Shown: piece after piece, positions 11,901 to 26,900 of the stretch
Layout: every line of letters begins with the position of its first letter
Position numbering within the stretch: the stretch's first letter is position 1
DNA from: Squalus acanthias
Taxonomy: Eukaryota
Reading direction: 5' to 3'
Length of the DNA stretch: 64,000 nucleotides
Assembly: GCA_030390025.1 (NCBI GenBank)
Contig: CM059432.1
Location: 44,456,001 to 44,520,000 of the forward strand
The notes under the pieces: model-generated
Told to the model about the DNA's origin: nothing
Databases searched by the model: none
Seen by the model: the letters and a program-made list of their open reading frames with translations, nothing else
Program-made: the position numbers and the translations under genes

Positions 11901-14474
11901 GATCAGGACAAAAAACAAAGATAGGGAAACTGCCACAGCAGCAGAGGCCTTCAATATGAGAGGATTAGCTTTGTTCCCTAGTGAGTGGAGATAGCTGAGG
12001 ATCAATACGACAGGACTGATTTTGCTGTATGGCGAGAAGAGGGGCTTGAATAGTATGGAGTTGGGTTTGTTGCTCGGTGGCGAAGGTTGAGTAAATTAAC
12101 CAGATTTTATTTGCTCATCAGTGAGGGGTGGAAGGATTTCCTCCAGGATGGGTTTGGTACTCAGGTCTACCTCCTGGTTCTATTTGCTGAGCATGAAGAA
12201 AGGAAGATTCAATTAACTTCAGGCTGGATTTCTTGCCTTATGTGGGAGAAAGTTTATTCCCATCAGATTACAATTGTTGTAAAGTGAAGTGGGGGGAACA
12301 CTGGTCTGATATTGTCACTCAGTTGGGTAGGGGGGCATGTGTTGTATATTTAGGGGGGGGCATGTGTTGTATATTCAGGGGGGGCATGTGTTGTATATTC
12401 GGGGGGGGCATGTGTTGTATATTCGGGGGGGGCATGTGTTGTATATTCAGGGGGGGCATGTGTTTTATATTCAGGGGGGCATGTGTTGTATATTCAGGGG
12501 GGGGCATGTGTTGTATATTCAGGGGGCCCATGTGTTGTATATTCAGGGGGCCCATGTGTTGTATATTCGGGGAGGGCATGTGTTGTATATTCGGGGAGGG
12601 CATGTGCTTTATATTCAGGGTGGGCATGTGTTTTATATTCCGGGGGCCCATGTGTTGTATATTCAGGGGGGGCATGTGTTTTATATTCTGGGGGCCCATG
12701 TGTTGTATATTCAGGGGGGTCATGTGTTGTATATTCAGGGGGACCAAGTGTTGTATATTCGGGGGGGGGGGCATGTGTTGTATAGTCGGGGAGGGGCATG
12801 TGTTGTATATTCGGGGGGGGGCATGTGTTGTATATTCAGGAGGGGCATGTGTTGTATATTCAGGGGGGCATGTGTTGTATATTCAGGGGGTGCGTGTGTT
12901 GTATATTCAGGGGGGGCATGTGTTGTATATTCTGGGGGCCCAGGTGTTGTATATTCAGGGAGACCAAGTGTTGTATATTCGGGGGGGGGCAAGTGTTGTA
13001 TATTCTTGGGGCCCATGTGTTGTATATTCAGGGGGGGTCATGTGTTGTATATTCAGGGGCCCATGTGTTGTATATTCAGGGGGGGTCATGTGTTGTATAT
13101 TCAGGGGGCCCATGTGTTGTATATTCAGGGGGGGTCATGTGTTGTATATTCAGGGGCCCATGTGTTGTATATTCAGGGGGGTCATGTGTTGTATATTCAG
13201 GGGGCCCAAGTGTACTAGATTCGGGGGGGTCATGTGTTGTATATTCAGGGGGCCCAGGTGTTGTATATTCAGCGGGGCATGTGTTGTATATTCAGGGGGG
13301 ACATGTGTTGTATATTTAGGGGGGCATGTGTTGTATATTTAGGGGGGCATGTGTTGTATATTTAGGGGGGCATGTGTTATATATTTAGGGGGCATGTGTT
13401 GTATATTCAGGGGGGCATGTGTTGTATATTCAGGGGGGGCAAGTGTTGTATATTCTTGGGGCCCATGTGTTGTATATTCAGGGGGGGTCATGTGTTGTAT
13501 ATTCAGGGGCCCATGTGTTGTATATTCAGGAGGGGTATGTGTTGTATATTCAGGGGGCCCAGGTGTTGCTTATTCAGCGGGGGCATGTGCTGTATATTCA
13601 TGGGGGCATTTGTTGTATGTACAGGGGGTAATTGTCTTGTATATTCAGGGGGTAATTGTGTTGTATATTCAGGGGTCCCATGTGTTGTATATTCAGGGGG
13701 CCCATGTGTTGTATATTCAGGGGGCCCATGTGTTGTATATTCAGGGGGCCCATGTGTTGTATATTCAGGGGGGTCATGTGTTGTATATTCAGGGGGACCA
13801 AGTGTTGTATATTCGGGGGGGGGGGGCATGTGTTGTATAGTCGGGGGGGGGGGGGGCATGTGTTGTATATTCGGGGGGGGCATGTGTTGTATATTCAGGG
13901 GGGGCATGTGTTGTATATTCAGGGGGGCATGTGTTGTATATTCAGGGGGTGCGTGTGTTGTATATTCAGGGGGGGCATGTGTTGTATATTCTGGGGGCCC
14001 AGGTGTTGTATATTCAGGGAGACCAAGTGTTGTATATTCGGGGGGGGGGGGGCAAGTGTTGTATATTCTTGGGGCCCATGTGTTGTATATTCAGGGGGGG
14101 TCATGTGTTGTATATTCAGGGGCCCATGTGTTGTATATTCAGGGGGGGTCATGTGTTGTATATTCAGGGGGCCCAAGTGTACTAGATTCGGGGGGGTCAT
14201 GTGTTGTATATTCAGGGGGCCCAGGTGTTGTATATTCAGCGGGGCATGTGTTGTATATTCAGGGGGGACATGTGTTGTATATTTAGGGGGGCATGTGTTG
14301 TATATTTAGGGGGGCATGTGTTGTATATTTAGGGGGGCATGTGTTATATATTTAGGGGGGCATGTGTTGTATATTCAGGGGGGCATGTGTTGTATATTCA
14401 GGGGGGGCAAGTGTTGTATATTCTTGGGGCCATTGTGTTGTATATTCAGGGGGGGTCATGTGTTGTATATTCAG

Positions 14475-14910
14475 TGGGCAACACGGTGGCATAGTGGTTA
14501 GCACTGGTGCCTCACAGCGCCAGAGACCCGGGTTCGAATCTGACCTCGGGTGACTGTCTGTGTGGAGTTTGCACATTCTCCCCGTGTCTGCGTGGGTTTT
14601 CTCTGGGTGCTCCGGTTTCCTCCCACTGTCCAAAAATGTGCGGGTTAGGTTGATTTGGCTATGATAAATTGACCCTTAGTGTTAGGGGGGGATTAAATAT
14701 GTGGGGTTATGGGGATAGGATGGGATATGTTAGGGGGAATTAAATACGTGGGGTTACGGGGGTCGGGTGGGATATGTGTACTGTGGGGATTAAAGCAGGG
14801 ACAGGGTACTGGATTTGAATGATCAGCCATGATCGTATTGAATGGTGGAGCAGGCTCGACGGGCCGAATGGCCTACTCCTGCTCCTAGATTCTATGTTTC
14901 TATGTTTCTA
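14475..14910 (+). mobile_element. HE1/V-SINE-like tRNA-derived SINE with CR1-type tail, inserted in the minisatellite
   Basis: A box GGTGGCATAGTGG, B box GGTTCGAATCT, V-domain-like gtggagtttgcacattctccccgtgtctgcgtgggttt and a (TTCTATGT)n tail. TGTATATTCAG is duplicated at 14464-14474 and 14911-14921. Confidence 0.9.
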
Positions 14911-17900
14911 TGTATATTCAGGGGGCCCATGTGTTGTATATTCAGGGGGCCCATGTGTTGTATATTCAGGGGGCCCATGTGTTGTATATTCAGAGGGACC
15001 AAGTGTTGTATATTCGGAGGGGCACGTGTTGTATATTCAGGGGGCCCATGTGTTGTATATTCAGGGGGCCCATGTGTTATATATTCAGGGGGCCCATGTG
15101 TTGTATCTTCAGGGGGCCCATGTGTTGTATATTCAGGGGGCCCAGGTGTTCTATATTCAGCGGGGCATGTGTTGTATATTCAGGGGGGACATGTGTTGTA
15201 TATTTAGGGGGGCATGTGTTGTATATTTAGGGGGGCATGTGTTGTATATTTAGGGGGGCATGTGTTATATATTTAGGGGGGCATGTGTTGTATATTCAGC
15301 GGGGGCATGTGTTGTATATTCAGGGCGGGCATGTGTTGTATATTCAGGGGGGGTCATGTGTTGTATATTCAGGGGGGTCATGTATTGTATATTCAGGGGG
15401 GGTCATGTGTTGTATATTCAGGGGGTCAAATGTTGTATATTCGGGGGGCATCTGTTGTATATTCGGGGGGGCATCTGTTGTATATTCGGGGGGGCATTTG
15501 TTGTATATTCAGGGGGTAATTGTGTTGCATATTCAGGGAGGGTTTATGTTGTATATTCAGGGGGCCCATGTGTTGTATATTCAGGGGCGGCATGTGTTGT
15601 ATATTCAGGGGGGTCATGTGTTGTATATTCGGGTGGGGGGCATATGTTGTATATTCAGGGGGCACAGGTGTTGTATATTCGGGGGGGCATGTGTTGTATA
15701 TTCAGGGGGGCATGTGTTGTATATTCAGGGGAGCATATGTTGTATATTCAGGGGGCCCATGTGTTGTATATTCAGGGTGGGGCATATGTTGTATATTCAG
15801 GGGAGGCATGTGCTGTATATTCAGTGGGGGCATGTGTTGTATATTCAGGGGGGCATGTGTTGTATATTCAGGGGGGCATTTGTTGTCTATTCAGGGGCCC
15901 ATGTGTTGTATATTCAGGGGGCCCATGTGTATTTTATTCAGGGGGCCCATGTGTACTAGATTCGGGGGGGTCATGTGTCGTATATTCAGGGGGCCCAGGT
16001 GTTCTATATTCAGCGGGGCATGTGTTGTATATTCAGGGGGGACATGTGTTGTATATTTAGGGGGGCATGTGTTGTATATTTAGGGGGGCATGTGTTGTAT
16101 ATTTAGGGGGGCATGTGTTATATATTTAGGGGGGCATATGTTGTATATTCAGCGGGGGCATGTGTTGTATATTCAGGGGGGGCAAGTGTTGTATATTCTT
16201 GCGGCCCATGTGTTGTATATTCAGGAGGGGTATGTGTTGTATATTCAGGGGGCCCAGGTGTTGTATATTCAGGGGGCCCATGTGTTGTATATTCAGGGGG
16301 CCCATGTGTTGTATATTCAGGGGGCCCATGTGTTGTATATTCAGGGGGCCCATGTGTTGTATATTCAGAGGGACCAAGTGTTGTATATTCGGAGGGGCAT
16401 GTGTTGCATATAATTAGGGGGCCCATGTGTTGTATATTCAAAGGGCCCATGTGTTGTATATTCAGGGGGCCCATGTGTTGTATATTCAGGGGGCCCATGC
16501 GTTGTATATTCAGGGGGCCCATGTGTTGTATATTCAGGTGTGCACGTGTTGTATATTAGGTGGGCATGTCTTGTATATTCAGGGGGGCATGTGTTGTATA
16601 TTTAGGGGGGCATGTGTTGTATATTCAGGGCAGGCATGTGTTGTATATTCAGGGCGGGCATGTGTTGTATATTCAGGGGGAGCATGTGTTGTATATTCGG
16701 GGGAGCGTGTGTTGTATATTCAGGGGGCGCTTTGTGTTGAATACTCAGGGGGCCCATGTGTTGTATATTCAGGGTGGTCATGTGTTGTATATTCAGGGGG
16801 GTCATGTGTTGTATGTTCAGAGGGACAAAGTGTTGTATATTCGGGAGGGTGCATGTGTTGTATATTCAGGGGGCCCATGTGTTGTATATTCGGGGGGGTT
16901 CATGTGTTGTATAATCAGGGGCGGGGCATCTGTTGTATATTAGTGGGGGCATGTGTTGTAAATTCAGAGGGCTCATGTGTTGTATAATTAGGGGGGGCAT
17001 GTGTTAGGGGGGGCATGTGTTGTATATTCATGGGGGGCATGTGCTGTATATTCAGGGTGGGCATGTGTTGTATATTCAGGGTGGGCATGTGTTGTATATT
17101 CAGGGGGGCATGTGTTGTATATTCAGGGGAGTGCCATGTGTTGTATATTCAGGGTGGGCATGTGTTGTATATTCAGGGGGGCATGTGTTGTATATTCAGG
17201 GGAGTGCCATGTGTTGTATATTCAGGGGGGGCATGTGTTGTATATTGGGGGGGCATGTGCTGTAAATTCAGGGGGCCCATGTGTTCTATATTCAGGGGGC
17301 AGTGTTGTATATTCAGGGGGGGGCATGTGTTGTATATTCAGGGCATGTGTTGTATATTCAGGGGGGCATGTGTTGTATATTCAGGAGGCTCATGTGTTGT
17401 ATAATTAGGGGGTCATGTGTTGTATATTCATGGGGGGCATGTGCTGTATATTCAGGGTGGGCATGTGTTGTATATTCAGGGTGGGCATGTGTTGTATATT
17501 CAGGGGGGCATGTGTTGTATATTCAGGGGAGTGCCATGTGTTGTATATTCAGGGGGGGCATGTGTTGTATATTAGGGGGGCATGTGTTGTATATTGGGGG
17601 GGCATGTGCTGTAAATTCAGGGGGCCCATGTGTTCTATATTCAGGGGGCATGTGTTGTATATTCAGGGGGGGCATGTGTTGTATATTCAGGGGGCCCATG
17701 TGTTGTATATTCAGGGCATGTGTTATATATTCAGGGGGGCATGTGTTGTATATTCAGGGGGGGCATTGTGTTGTATATTCAGGGGGGCATTGTGTTGTAT
17801 ATTCAGGGGGCCCATGCGTTATATATTAAGGGGGCCCATGCGTTGTATATTCAGGGGGACCAAGTGTTGTATATTCAGGGGGCCCATGTGTTGTATATTC

Positions 17901-20900
17901 AGAGCGACAAAGTGTTGTATATTCGTGGGGCCCAGGTGTTGTATATTCAGGGGGCCCATGTGTTGAATATTCAGGGGGGCATTTGTTGTAAATTCAGGGG
18001 GCCCATGTGTTGTATATTCGGGGGGGGGTCATGTGTTGTATATTCAGGGGGCCCATGTGTTGTATATTCAGGGGGTGCGTGTGTTGTATATTCAGGGGGA
18101 CCAAGTGTTGTATATTCAGGGGGACCAAGTGTTGTATATTCAGGGGGCCCATGTGTTGTATATTCAGTGGGGTCATGTGTTGTATATTCAGGGGGGTCAT
18201 GTGTTGTATATTCAGGGGGCCCATGTGTTGTATATTCAGGGGGCCCATGTGTTGTATATTTAGTGGGGGGGGCATGTGTTGTATATTCAGGGGGGCATTG
18301 TGTTGTATATTCAGTGGGGTCATGTGTTGTATATTCAGGGGGGTCATGTGTTGTATATTCAGGGGGCCCATGTGTTGTATATTCAGGGGGCCCATGTGTT
18401 GTATATTCAGGGGGCCCATGTGTTGTATATTCACGGGGCCCATGTGTTGTATATTCACGGGGCCCATGTGTTGTATATTCACGGGGCCCATGTGTTGTAT
18501 ATTCAGGGGGCCCATTTGTTGTATTTTCAGGGAGCCCATGTGTTGTATCTTCAGGGGGCCCATGTGTTGTATATTCAGGGGGCCCATGTGTTGTATCTTC
18601 AGGGGGGCCATGTGTTGTATCTTCAGGGGGCCCATGTGTTGTATGTTCAGGGGGGCATATGTTGTATATTTGGGGGTGGGGGCATATGTTGTATATTCAG
18701 GGGAGGCATGTGCTGTATATTCAGTGGGGGCATGTGTTGTATATTCGGGGGGGGTATGTGTTGTATATTCAGGGGGCCCATGTGTTGTATATTCAAGGGG
18801 CCCATGTGTTGTATATTCAGGGGGCCCATGTGTTGTATATTCAGGTGGCCCATGTGTTGCATATTCAGAGGGGGCATATGCTGTACATTCAGGGAGGGCA
18901 TGTGTTGTATATTCAGTGGGGGCATGTGTTGTATATTCGGTGGGGGCATGTATTGTATATTCCGTGGGGGCATGTGTTGTATATTCGGGGGAGCATGTGT
19001 TGTGTATTCGGGGGGGCATGTGTTGTATATTCAGGGGAGCATGTGTTGTGTATTCGGGGGGGCATGTGTTGTATATTCAGGGGGTGCGTGTGTTGTATAT
19101 TCAGGGGGACCAAGTGTTGTATATTCGGGAGGACCCTGTGTTGTATATTCAGGGGGCACATTGTGTTGTATATTCAGGAGGACCAAGTGTTGTATATTCA
19201 GGGGGACCAAGTGTTGTTTATTCAGGGGGCCCATGTGTTGTATATTCAGTGGGGTCATATGTTGTATATTCAGGGGGGTCATGTGTTGTATATTCAGATG
19301 GGTCATGTGTTGTATATTCAGGGGGCCCATGTGTTGTATATTCAGGGGGCCCATGTGTTGTATATTCAGGGGGCCCATGTGTTGTATATTCAGGGGGCCC
19401 ATGTGTTGTATATTCAGAGGGACCAAGTGTTGTATATTCGGGGGGGGCATGTGTTGTATATTCAGGGGGCCCATGTGTTGTATATTCAGGGGGCCCATGT
19501 GTTGTATATTCAGAGGGACCGTTGTATATTCGGGGGGGCATGAGTTGTATATTCAGGGGGCCCATGTGTTGTATATTCAGGGGGCCCCTGTGTTGTATAT
19601 TCAGGGGGCCCATGTGTTGTATATTCAGGGGGCACATGTGTTGTATTTTCAGGGAGCCCATGTGTTGTATATTCAGGGGGGGCATGTGTCGTATATTCAG
19701 GGGGCCCATGTGTTGTATATTCAGGGGGGCATGTGTTGTATATTCAGGGGGGCATTTGTTGTATATTCGGGGGGTAATTGTGTTGTATATTCAGGGGGAG
19801 CATGTGTTGTATATTCAGGTGGGCACGTGTTGTATATTCAGGTGGGCACGTGTTGTATATTCAGGGGGGCATGCCTTGTATATTTAGGGGGGCATGTGTT
19901 GTATATTCAGGGCGGGCACATGTTGTATATTCAGGGGGAGCACGTGTTGTATATTCGGGGGAGCATGTGTTGTATATTCAGGGGGTGCGTGTGTTGTATA
20001 TTCAGGGGGACCAAGTGTTGTATATTCGGGGGACCCTGTGTTGTATATTCAGGGGGCGCTTTGTGTTGAATACTCAGGGGGCCCATATGTTGTATATTCA
20101 GGGTGGTCATGTGTTGTATATTCAGGGGTGTCATGTGTTGTATATTCGGGGGGGGGCATGTGTTGTATACTCAGAGGGACCAAGTGTTGTATATTCGGGA
20201 GGGTGCATGTGTTGTATATTCAGGGGGCCCATGTGTTGCATATTCGGGGGGGGGCATGTGTTGTATATTCAGGGGGCGCTTTGTGTTGAATACTCAGGGG
20301 GCCCATATGTTGTATATTCAGGGTGGTCATGTGTTGTATATTCAGGGGGCCCATGTGTTGTATATTCACGGGGCCCATGTGTTGTATATTCACGGGGCCC
20401 ATGTGTTGTATATTCAGGGGGCCCATTTGTTGTATTTTCAGGGAGCCCATGTGTTGTATCTTCAGGGGGCCCATGTGTTGTATGTTCAAGGGGCCCATGT
20501 GTTGTATATTCAGGGGGCCCATGTGTTGTATATTCAGGTGGCCCATGTGTTGCATATTCAGAGGGGGCATATGCTGTATATTCAGGGAGGGCATGTGTTG
20601 TATATTCAGTGGGGGCATGTGTTGTATATTCGGTGGGGGCATGTATTGTATATTCCGTGGGGGCATGTGTTGTATATTCGGGGGAGCATGTGTTGTGTAT
20701 TCGAGGGGCATGTGTTGTATATTCAGGGGGTGCGTGTGTTGTATATTCAGGGGGACCAAGTGTTGTATATTCGGGAGGACCCTGTGTTGTATATTCAGGG
20801 GGCGCATTGTGTTGTATATTCAGGGGGACCAAGTATTGTATATTCAGGGGACCAAGTGTTGTTTATTCAGGGGGCCCATGTGTTGTATATTCAGTGGGGT

Positions 20901-23900
20901 CATGTGTTGTATATTCAGGGGGGTCATGTGTTGTATATTCAGATGGGTCATGTGTTGCATATTCAGGGGGCCCATGTGTTGTATATTCAGTGGGGTCATG
21001 TGTTGTATATTCAGGGGGGTCATGTGTTGTATATTCAGGGGGCCCATGTGTTGTATATTCAGGGGGCCCATGGGTTGTATATTCAGAGGGACCAAGTGTT
21101 GTATATTCGGGGGGGCATGTGTTGTATATTCAGGGGGCCCATGTGTTGTATATTCAGGGGGCCCATGTGTTGTATATTCAGGGGGCCCATGTGTTGTATA
21201 TTCAGAGGGACCAAGTGTTGTATATTCGGGGGGGCATGTGTTGTATATTCAGGGGGCCCATGTGCTGTATATTCAGGGGGCCCATGTGTTGTATATTCAG
21301 GGGGCCCATGTGTTGTACATTCAGGGGGCACATGTGTTGTACATTCAGGGGGCCCATGTGTTGTATATTCAGGGGGGGCATGTGTCGTATATTCAGGGGG
21401 CCCATGTGTTGTATATTCAGGGGGGCATGTGTTGTATATTCAGGGGGGCATTTGTTGTATATTCAGGGGGTAATTGTGTTGTATATTCAGGGGGAACATG
21501 TGTTGTATATTCAGGTGGGCACGTGTTGTATATTCAGGTGGGCACGTGTTGTATATTCAGGGGTGTCATGTGTTGTATATTCGGGGGGGGCATGTGTTGT
21601 ATACTCAGAGGGACCAAGTGTTGTATATTCGGGAGGGTGCATGTCTTGTATATTCAGGGGGCCCATGTGTTGCATATTCGGGGGGGGGGCATGTGTTGTA
21701 TATTCAGGGGCCCATGTGTTGTATATTTAGGGGGGGCATGTGTTGTAAATTCAGGGGGCCCATGTGTTGTATATTTAGGGGGGGCATGTGTTGTATATTC
21801 ATGGGGGGCATGTGTTGTATATTCAGGGGAGTGCCATGTGTTGTATATTCAGGGGGGGGGCATCTGTTGTATATTGGGGGGCCATGTGCTGTAAAGTCAG
21901 GGGGCCCATGTGTTGTATATTCAGGGGGCATGTGTTGTATATTCAGGGGGGCATTGTGTTGTATATTCAGGGGGCCCATGTGTTGTATATTCAGGGGGTG
22001 GCATGTGTTGTATATTCAGGGGGGGCATGTGTTGTATATTCAGGGGGGCATTGTGTTGTATATTCAGGGGGTCCATGTGTTGTATATTCTGGGGGCCCAT
22101 GTGTTGTATATTCAGGGGGCCCATGTGTTGTATATTCAGGGGGCCCATGTGTTGTATATTCAGGGGGCCCATGCGTTGTATATTCAGGGGGCCCATGCGT
22201 TGTATATTCAGGGGGCCCATGCGTTGTATATTCAGGGGGCCCATGTGTTGTATATTCAGGGGGCTCATGCGTTGTATATTCAGGGGGCCCATGCGTTGTA
22301 TATTCAGGGGGCCCATGAGTTGTATATTCAGGGGGCCCATGCGTTGTATATTCAGGGGGCCCATGTGTTGTATATTCAGGGGGCCCATGTGTTGTATATT
22401 CAGGGGGCCCATGTGTTGTATATTCAGGGGGGGTCATGTGTTGTATATTCAGGGGCCCATGTGTTGTATATTCAGGAGGGGTATGTGTTGTATATTCAGG
22501 GGTCCCAGGTGTTGCATATTCAGCGGGGGCATGTGCTGTATATTCATGGGGGCATTTGTTGTATGTACAGGGGGTAATTGTCTTGTATATTCAGGGGGTA
22601 ATTGTGTTGTATATTCAGGGGGCCCATGTGTTGTATATTCAGGGGGCCCATGTGTTGTATATTCAGGGGGCCCATGTGTTGTATATTCATGGGGCCCATG
22701 TGTTGTATATTCAGGGGGACCAAGTGTTGTATATTCGGAGGGGCACGTGTTGTATATTCAGGGGGCCCATGTGTTGTATATTCAGTGGGCCCATGTGTTA
22801 TATATTCAGGGGGCCCATGTGTTGTATCTTCAGGGGGCCCATGTGTTGTATCTTCAGGGGACCCATGTGTTGTATATTCAGGGGGGCATGTGTTGTATAT
22901 TCGGGGGGGGGGGCATATGTTGTATATTCGGGGGGGCATATGTTGTATATTCGGGGGGCATGTGTTGTATATTCAGGGGGGCATGTGTTGTATATTCAGG
23001 GGGGCATTTGTTGTATATTCAGGGGGTAATTGTGTTGGATATTCAGGGGGTCATGTGTTGTATATTCATGGGCGTCATGTGTTGTATATTCAGAGGGGCA
23101 TGTGTTGTATATTCAGGGGGCCCATGTGTTGTATCTTCAGGGGGCCCATGTGTTGTATCTTCAGGGGGCCCATGTGCTGTATATTCAGGGGGGCATGTGT
23201 TGTATATTCAGGGGGGGCATGTGTTGTATATTCAGGGGGCCCATGTGTTGTATATTCAGGGGGTAATTGTGTTGTATATTCAGGTGGCCATGTGTTGTAT
23301 ATTCAGGGCGGGCATGTGTTGTATATTCAGGGGGGGTCATGTGTTGTATATTCAGGGGGGTCATGTATTGTATATTCAGGGGGGGTCATGTGTTGTATAT
23401 TCAGGGGGTCATGTGTTGTATATTCGGGGGGGCATCTGTTGTATATTCGGGGGGGCATCTGTTGTATATTCGGGGGGGCATTTGTTGTATATTCAGGGGG
23501 TAATTGTGTTGTATATTCAGGGAGGGCATGTGCTGTATATTCAGGGAGGGTATATGTTGAATATTCAGGGGGCCCATGTGTTGTATATTCAGGGGCGGCA
23601 TGTGTTGTATATTCAGGGGGGTCATGTGTTGTATATTCGGGTGGGGGGCATATGTTGTATATTCAGGGGGCACAGGTGTTGTATATTCGGGGGGGGCATG
23701 TGTTGTATATTCAGGGGGGCATGTGTTGTATATTCAGGGGGAGCATATGTTGTATATTCAGGGGGCCCATGTGTTGTATATTCAGGGTGGGGCATATGTT
23801 GTATATTCAGGGGAGGCATGTGCTGTATATTCAGTGGGGGCATGTGTTGTATATTCAGGGGGGCATGTGTTGTATATTCAGGGGGGCATTTGTTGTCTAT

Positions 23901-26900
23901 TCAGGGGCCCATGTGTTGTATATTCAGGGGGCCCATGTGTATTTTATTCAGGGGGACCATGTGTACTAGATTCGGGGGGGTCATGTGTCCTATATTCAGG
24001 GGGCCCAGGTGTTCTATATTCAGCGGGGCATGTGTTGTATATTCAGGGGGGACATGTGTTGTATATTTAGGGGGGCATGTGTTGTATATTTAGGGGGGCA
24101 TGTGTTGTATATTTAGGGGGGCATGTGTTATATATTTAGGGGGGCATGTGTTGTATATTCAGGGGGGCATGTGTTGTATATTAAGGGGGTCAAGTGTTGT
24201 ATATTCTTGGGGCCCATGTGTTGTATATTCAGGGGGGGGTCATGTGTTGTATATTCAGGGGCGCATGTGTTGTATATTCAGGAGGGGTATGTGTTGTATA
24301 TTCAGGGGGCCCAGGTGTTGCATATTCAGCGGGGGCATGTGCTGTATATTCATGGGGGCATTTGTTGTATGTACAGGGGGTAATTGTCTTGTATATTCAG
24401 GGGGTAATTGTGTTGTATATTCAGGGGGCCCATGTGTTGTATATTCAGGGGGCCCATGTGTTGTATAATCAGGGGGCCCATGTGTTGTATATTCAGGAGG
24501 CCCATGTGTTGTATATTCAGGGGGCCCATGTGTTGTATATTCAGGGGGCCCGTGTGTTGTATATTCAGGGGGCCCGTGTGTTGTATATTCAGAGGGACCA
24601 AGTGTTGTATATTCGGAGGGGCATGTGTTGTATATAATTAGGGGGCCCATGTGTTGTATATTCAGGGGGCCCATGCGTTGTATATTCAGGGGGCCCATGT
24701 GTTGTATATTCAGGTGGGCACGTGTTGTATATTCAGGTGGGCATGTGTTGTATATTCAGGTGGGCATGTCTTGTATATTCAGGGGGGCATGTGTTGTATA
24801 TTTAGGGGGGCATGTGTTGTATATTCAGGGCAGGCATGTGTTGTATATTCAGGGCGGGCATGTGTTGTATATTCAGGGGGAGCATGTGTTGTATATTCGG
24901 GGGAGCGTGTGTTGTATATTCAGGGGGGGACCGTGTGTTGTATATTCAGGGGGACCAAGTGTTGTATATTCGGGGGGCGCTTTGTGTTGAATACTCAGGG
25001 GGCCCATGTGTTGTATATTCAGGGTGGTCATGTGTTGTATATTCAGGGGGGTCATGTGTTGTATGTTCAGAGGGACAAAGTGTTGTATATTCGGGAGGGT
25101 GCATGTGTTGTATATTCAGGGGGCCCATGTGTTGTATATTCGGGGGGGTTCATGTGTTGTATAATCAGGGGCGGGGCATCTGTTGTATATTAGTGGGGGC
25201 ATGTGTTGTAAATTCAGAGGGCTCATGTGTTGTATAATTAGGGGGGGCATGTGTTAGGGGGGGCATGTGTTGTATATTCATGGGGGGCATGTGCTGTATA
25301 TTCAGGGTGGGCATGTGTTGTATATTCAGGGTGGGCATGTGTTGTATATTCAGGGGGGCATGTGTTGTATATTCAGGGGAGTGCCATGTGTTGTATATTC
25401 AGGGGAGTGCCATGTGTTGTATATTCAGGGGGGGGCATGTGTTGTATATTGGGGGGGCATGTGCTGTAAATTCAGGGGGCCCATGTGTTCTATATTCAGG
25501 GGGCAGTGTTGTATATTCAGGGGGGGGCATGTGTTGTATATTCAGGGCATGTGTTGTATATTCAGGGGGGCATGTGTTGTATATTCAGGAGGCTCATGTG
25601 TTGTATAATTAGGGGTCATGTGTTGTATATTCATGGGGGGCATGTGCTGTATATTCAGGGTGGGCATGTGTTGTATATTCAGGGTGGGCATGTGTTGTAT
25701 ATTCAGGGGGGCATGTGTTGTATATTCAGGGGAGTGCCATGTGTTGTATATTCAGGGGGGGCATGTGTTGTATATTAGGGGGGCATGTGTTGTATATTGG
25801 GGGGGCATGTGCTGTAAATTCAGGGGGCCCATGTGTTCTATATTCAGGGGGCATGTGTTGTATATTCAGGGGGGGCATGTGTTGTATATTCAGGGGGCCC
25901 ATGTGTTGTATATTCAGGGCATGTGTTATATATTCAGGGGGGCATGTGTTGTATATTCAGGGGGGCATTGTGTTGTATATTCAGGGGGGCATTGTGTTGT
26001 ATATTCAGGGGGCCCATGTGTTGTATATTCAGGGGGCCCATGTGTTGTATATTCAGGGGGCCCATGTGTTGTATATTCAGAGCGACAAAGTGTTGTATAT
26101 TCGTGGGGCCCAGGTGTTGTATATTCAGTGGGGTCATGTGTTGTATATTCAGGGGGGTCATGTGTTGAATATTCAGGGGGGCATTTGTTGTAAATTCAGG
26201 GGGCCCATGTGTTGTATATTCGGGGGGGGGTCATGTGTTGTATATTCAGGGGGCCCATGTGTTGTATATTCAGGGGGTGCGTGTGTTGTATATTCAGGGG
26301 GACCAAGTGTTGTATATTCAGGGGGACCAAGTGTTGTATATTCAGGGGGCCCATGTGTTGTATATTCAGTGGGGTCATGTGTTGTATATTCAGGGGGGTC
26401 ATGTGTTGTATATTCAGGGGGCCCATGTGTTGTATATTCAGGGGGCCCATGTGTTGTATATTTAGTGGGGGGGGCATGTGTTGTATATTCAGGGGGGCAT
26501 TGTGTTGTATATTCAGTGGGGTCATGTGTTGTATATTCAGGGGGGTCATGTGTTGTATATTCAGGGGGCCCATGTGTTGTATATTCAGGGGGCCCATGTG
26601 TTGTATATTCACGGGGCCCATGTGTTGTATATTCACGGGGCCCATGTGTTGTATATTCACGGGGCCCATGTGTTGTATATTCAGGGGGCCCATTTGTTGT
26701 ATTTTCAGGGAGCCCATGTGTTGTATCTTCAGGGGGCCCATGTGTTGTATATTCAGGGGGCCCATGTGTTGTATCTTCAGGGGGGCCATGTGTTGTATCT
26801 TCAGGGGGCCCATGTGTTGTATGTTCAGGGGGGCATATGTTGTATATTTGGGGGGGGGGCATATGTTGTATATTCAGGGGAGGCATGTGGTGTATATTCA

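Noticed and set aside
14482..14550. tRNA genes (also at 1530, 30800 and 51214)
   Set aside because: These are tRNA-derived SINE heads followed by SINE core and LINE-like tails. No complete cloverleaf is evident.
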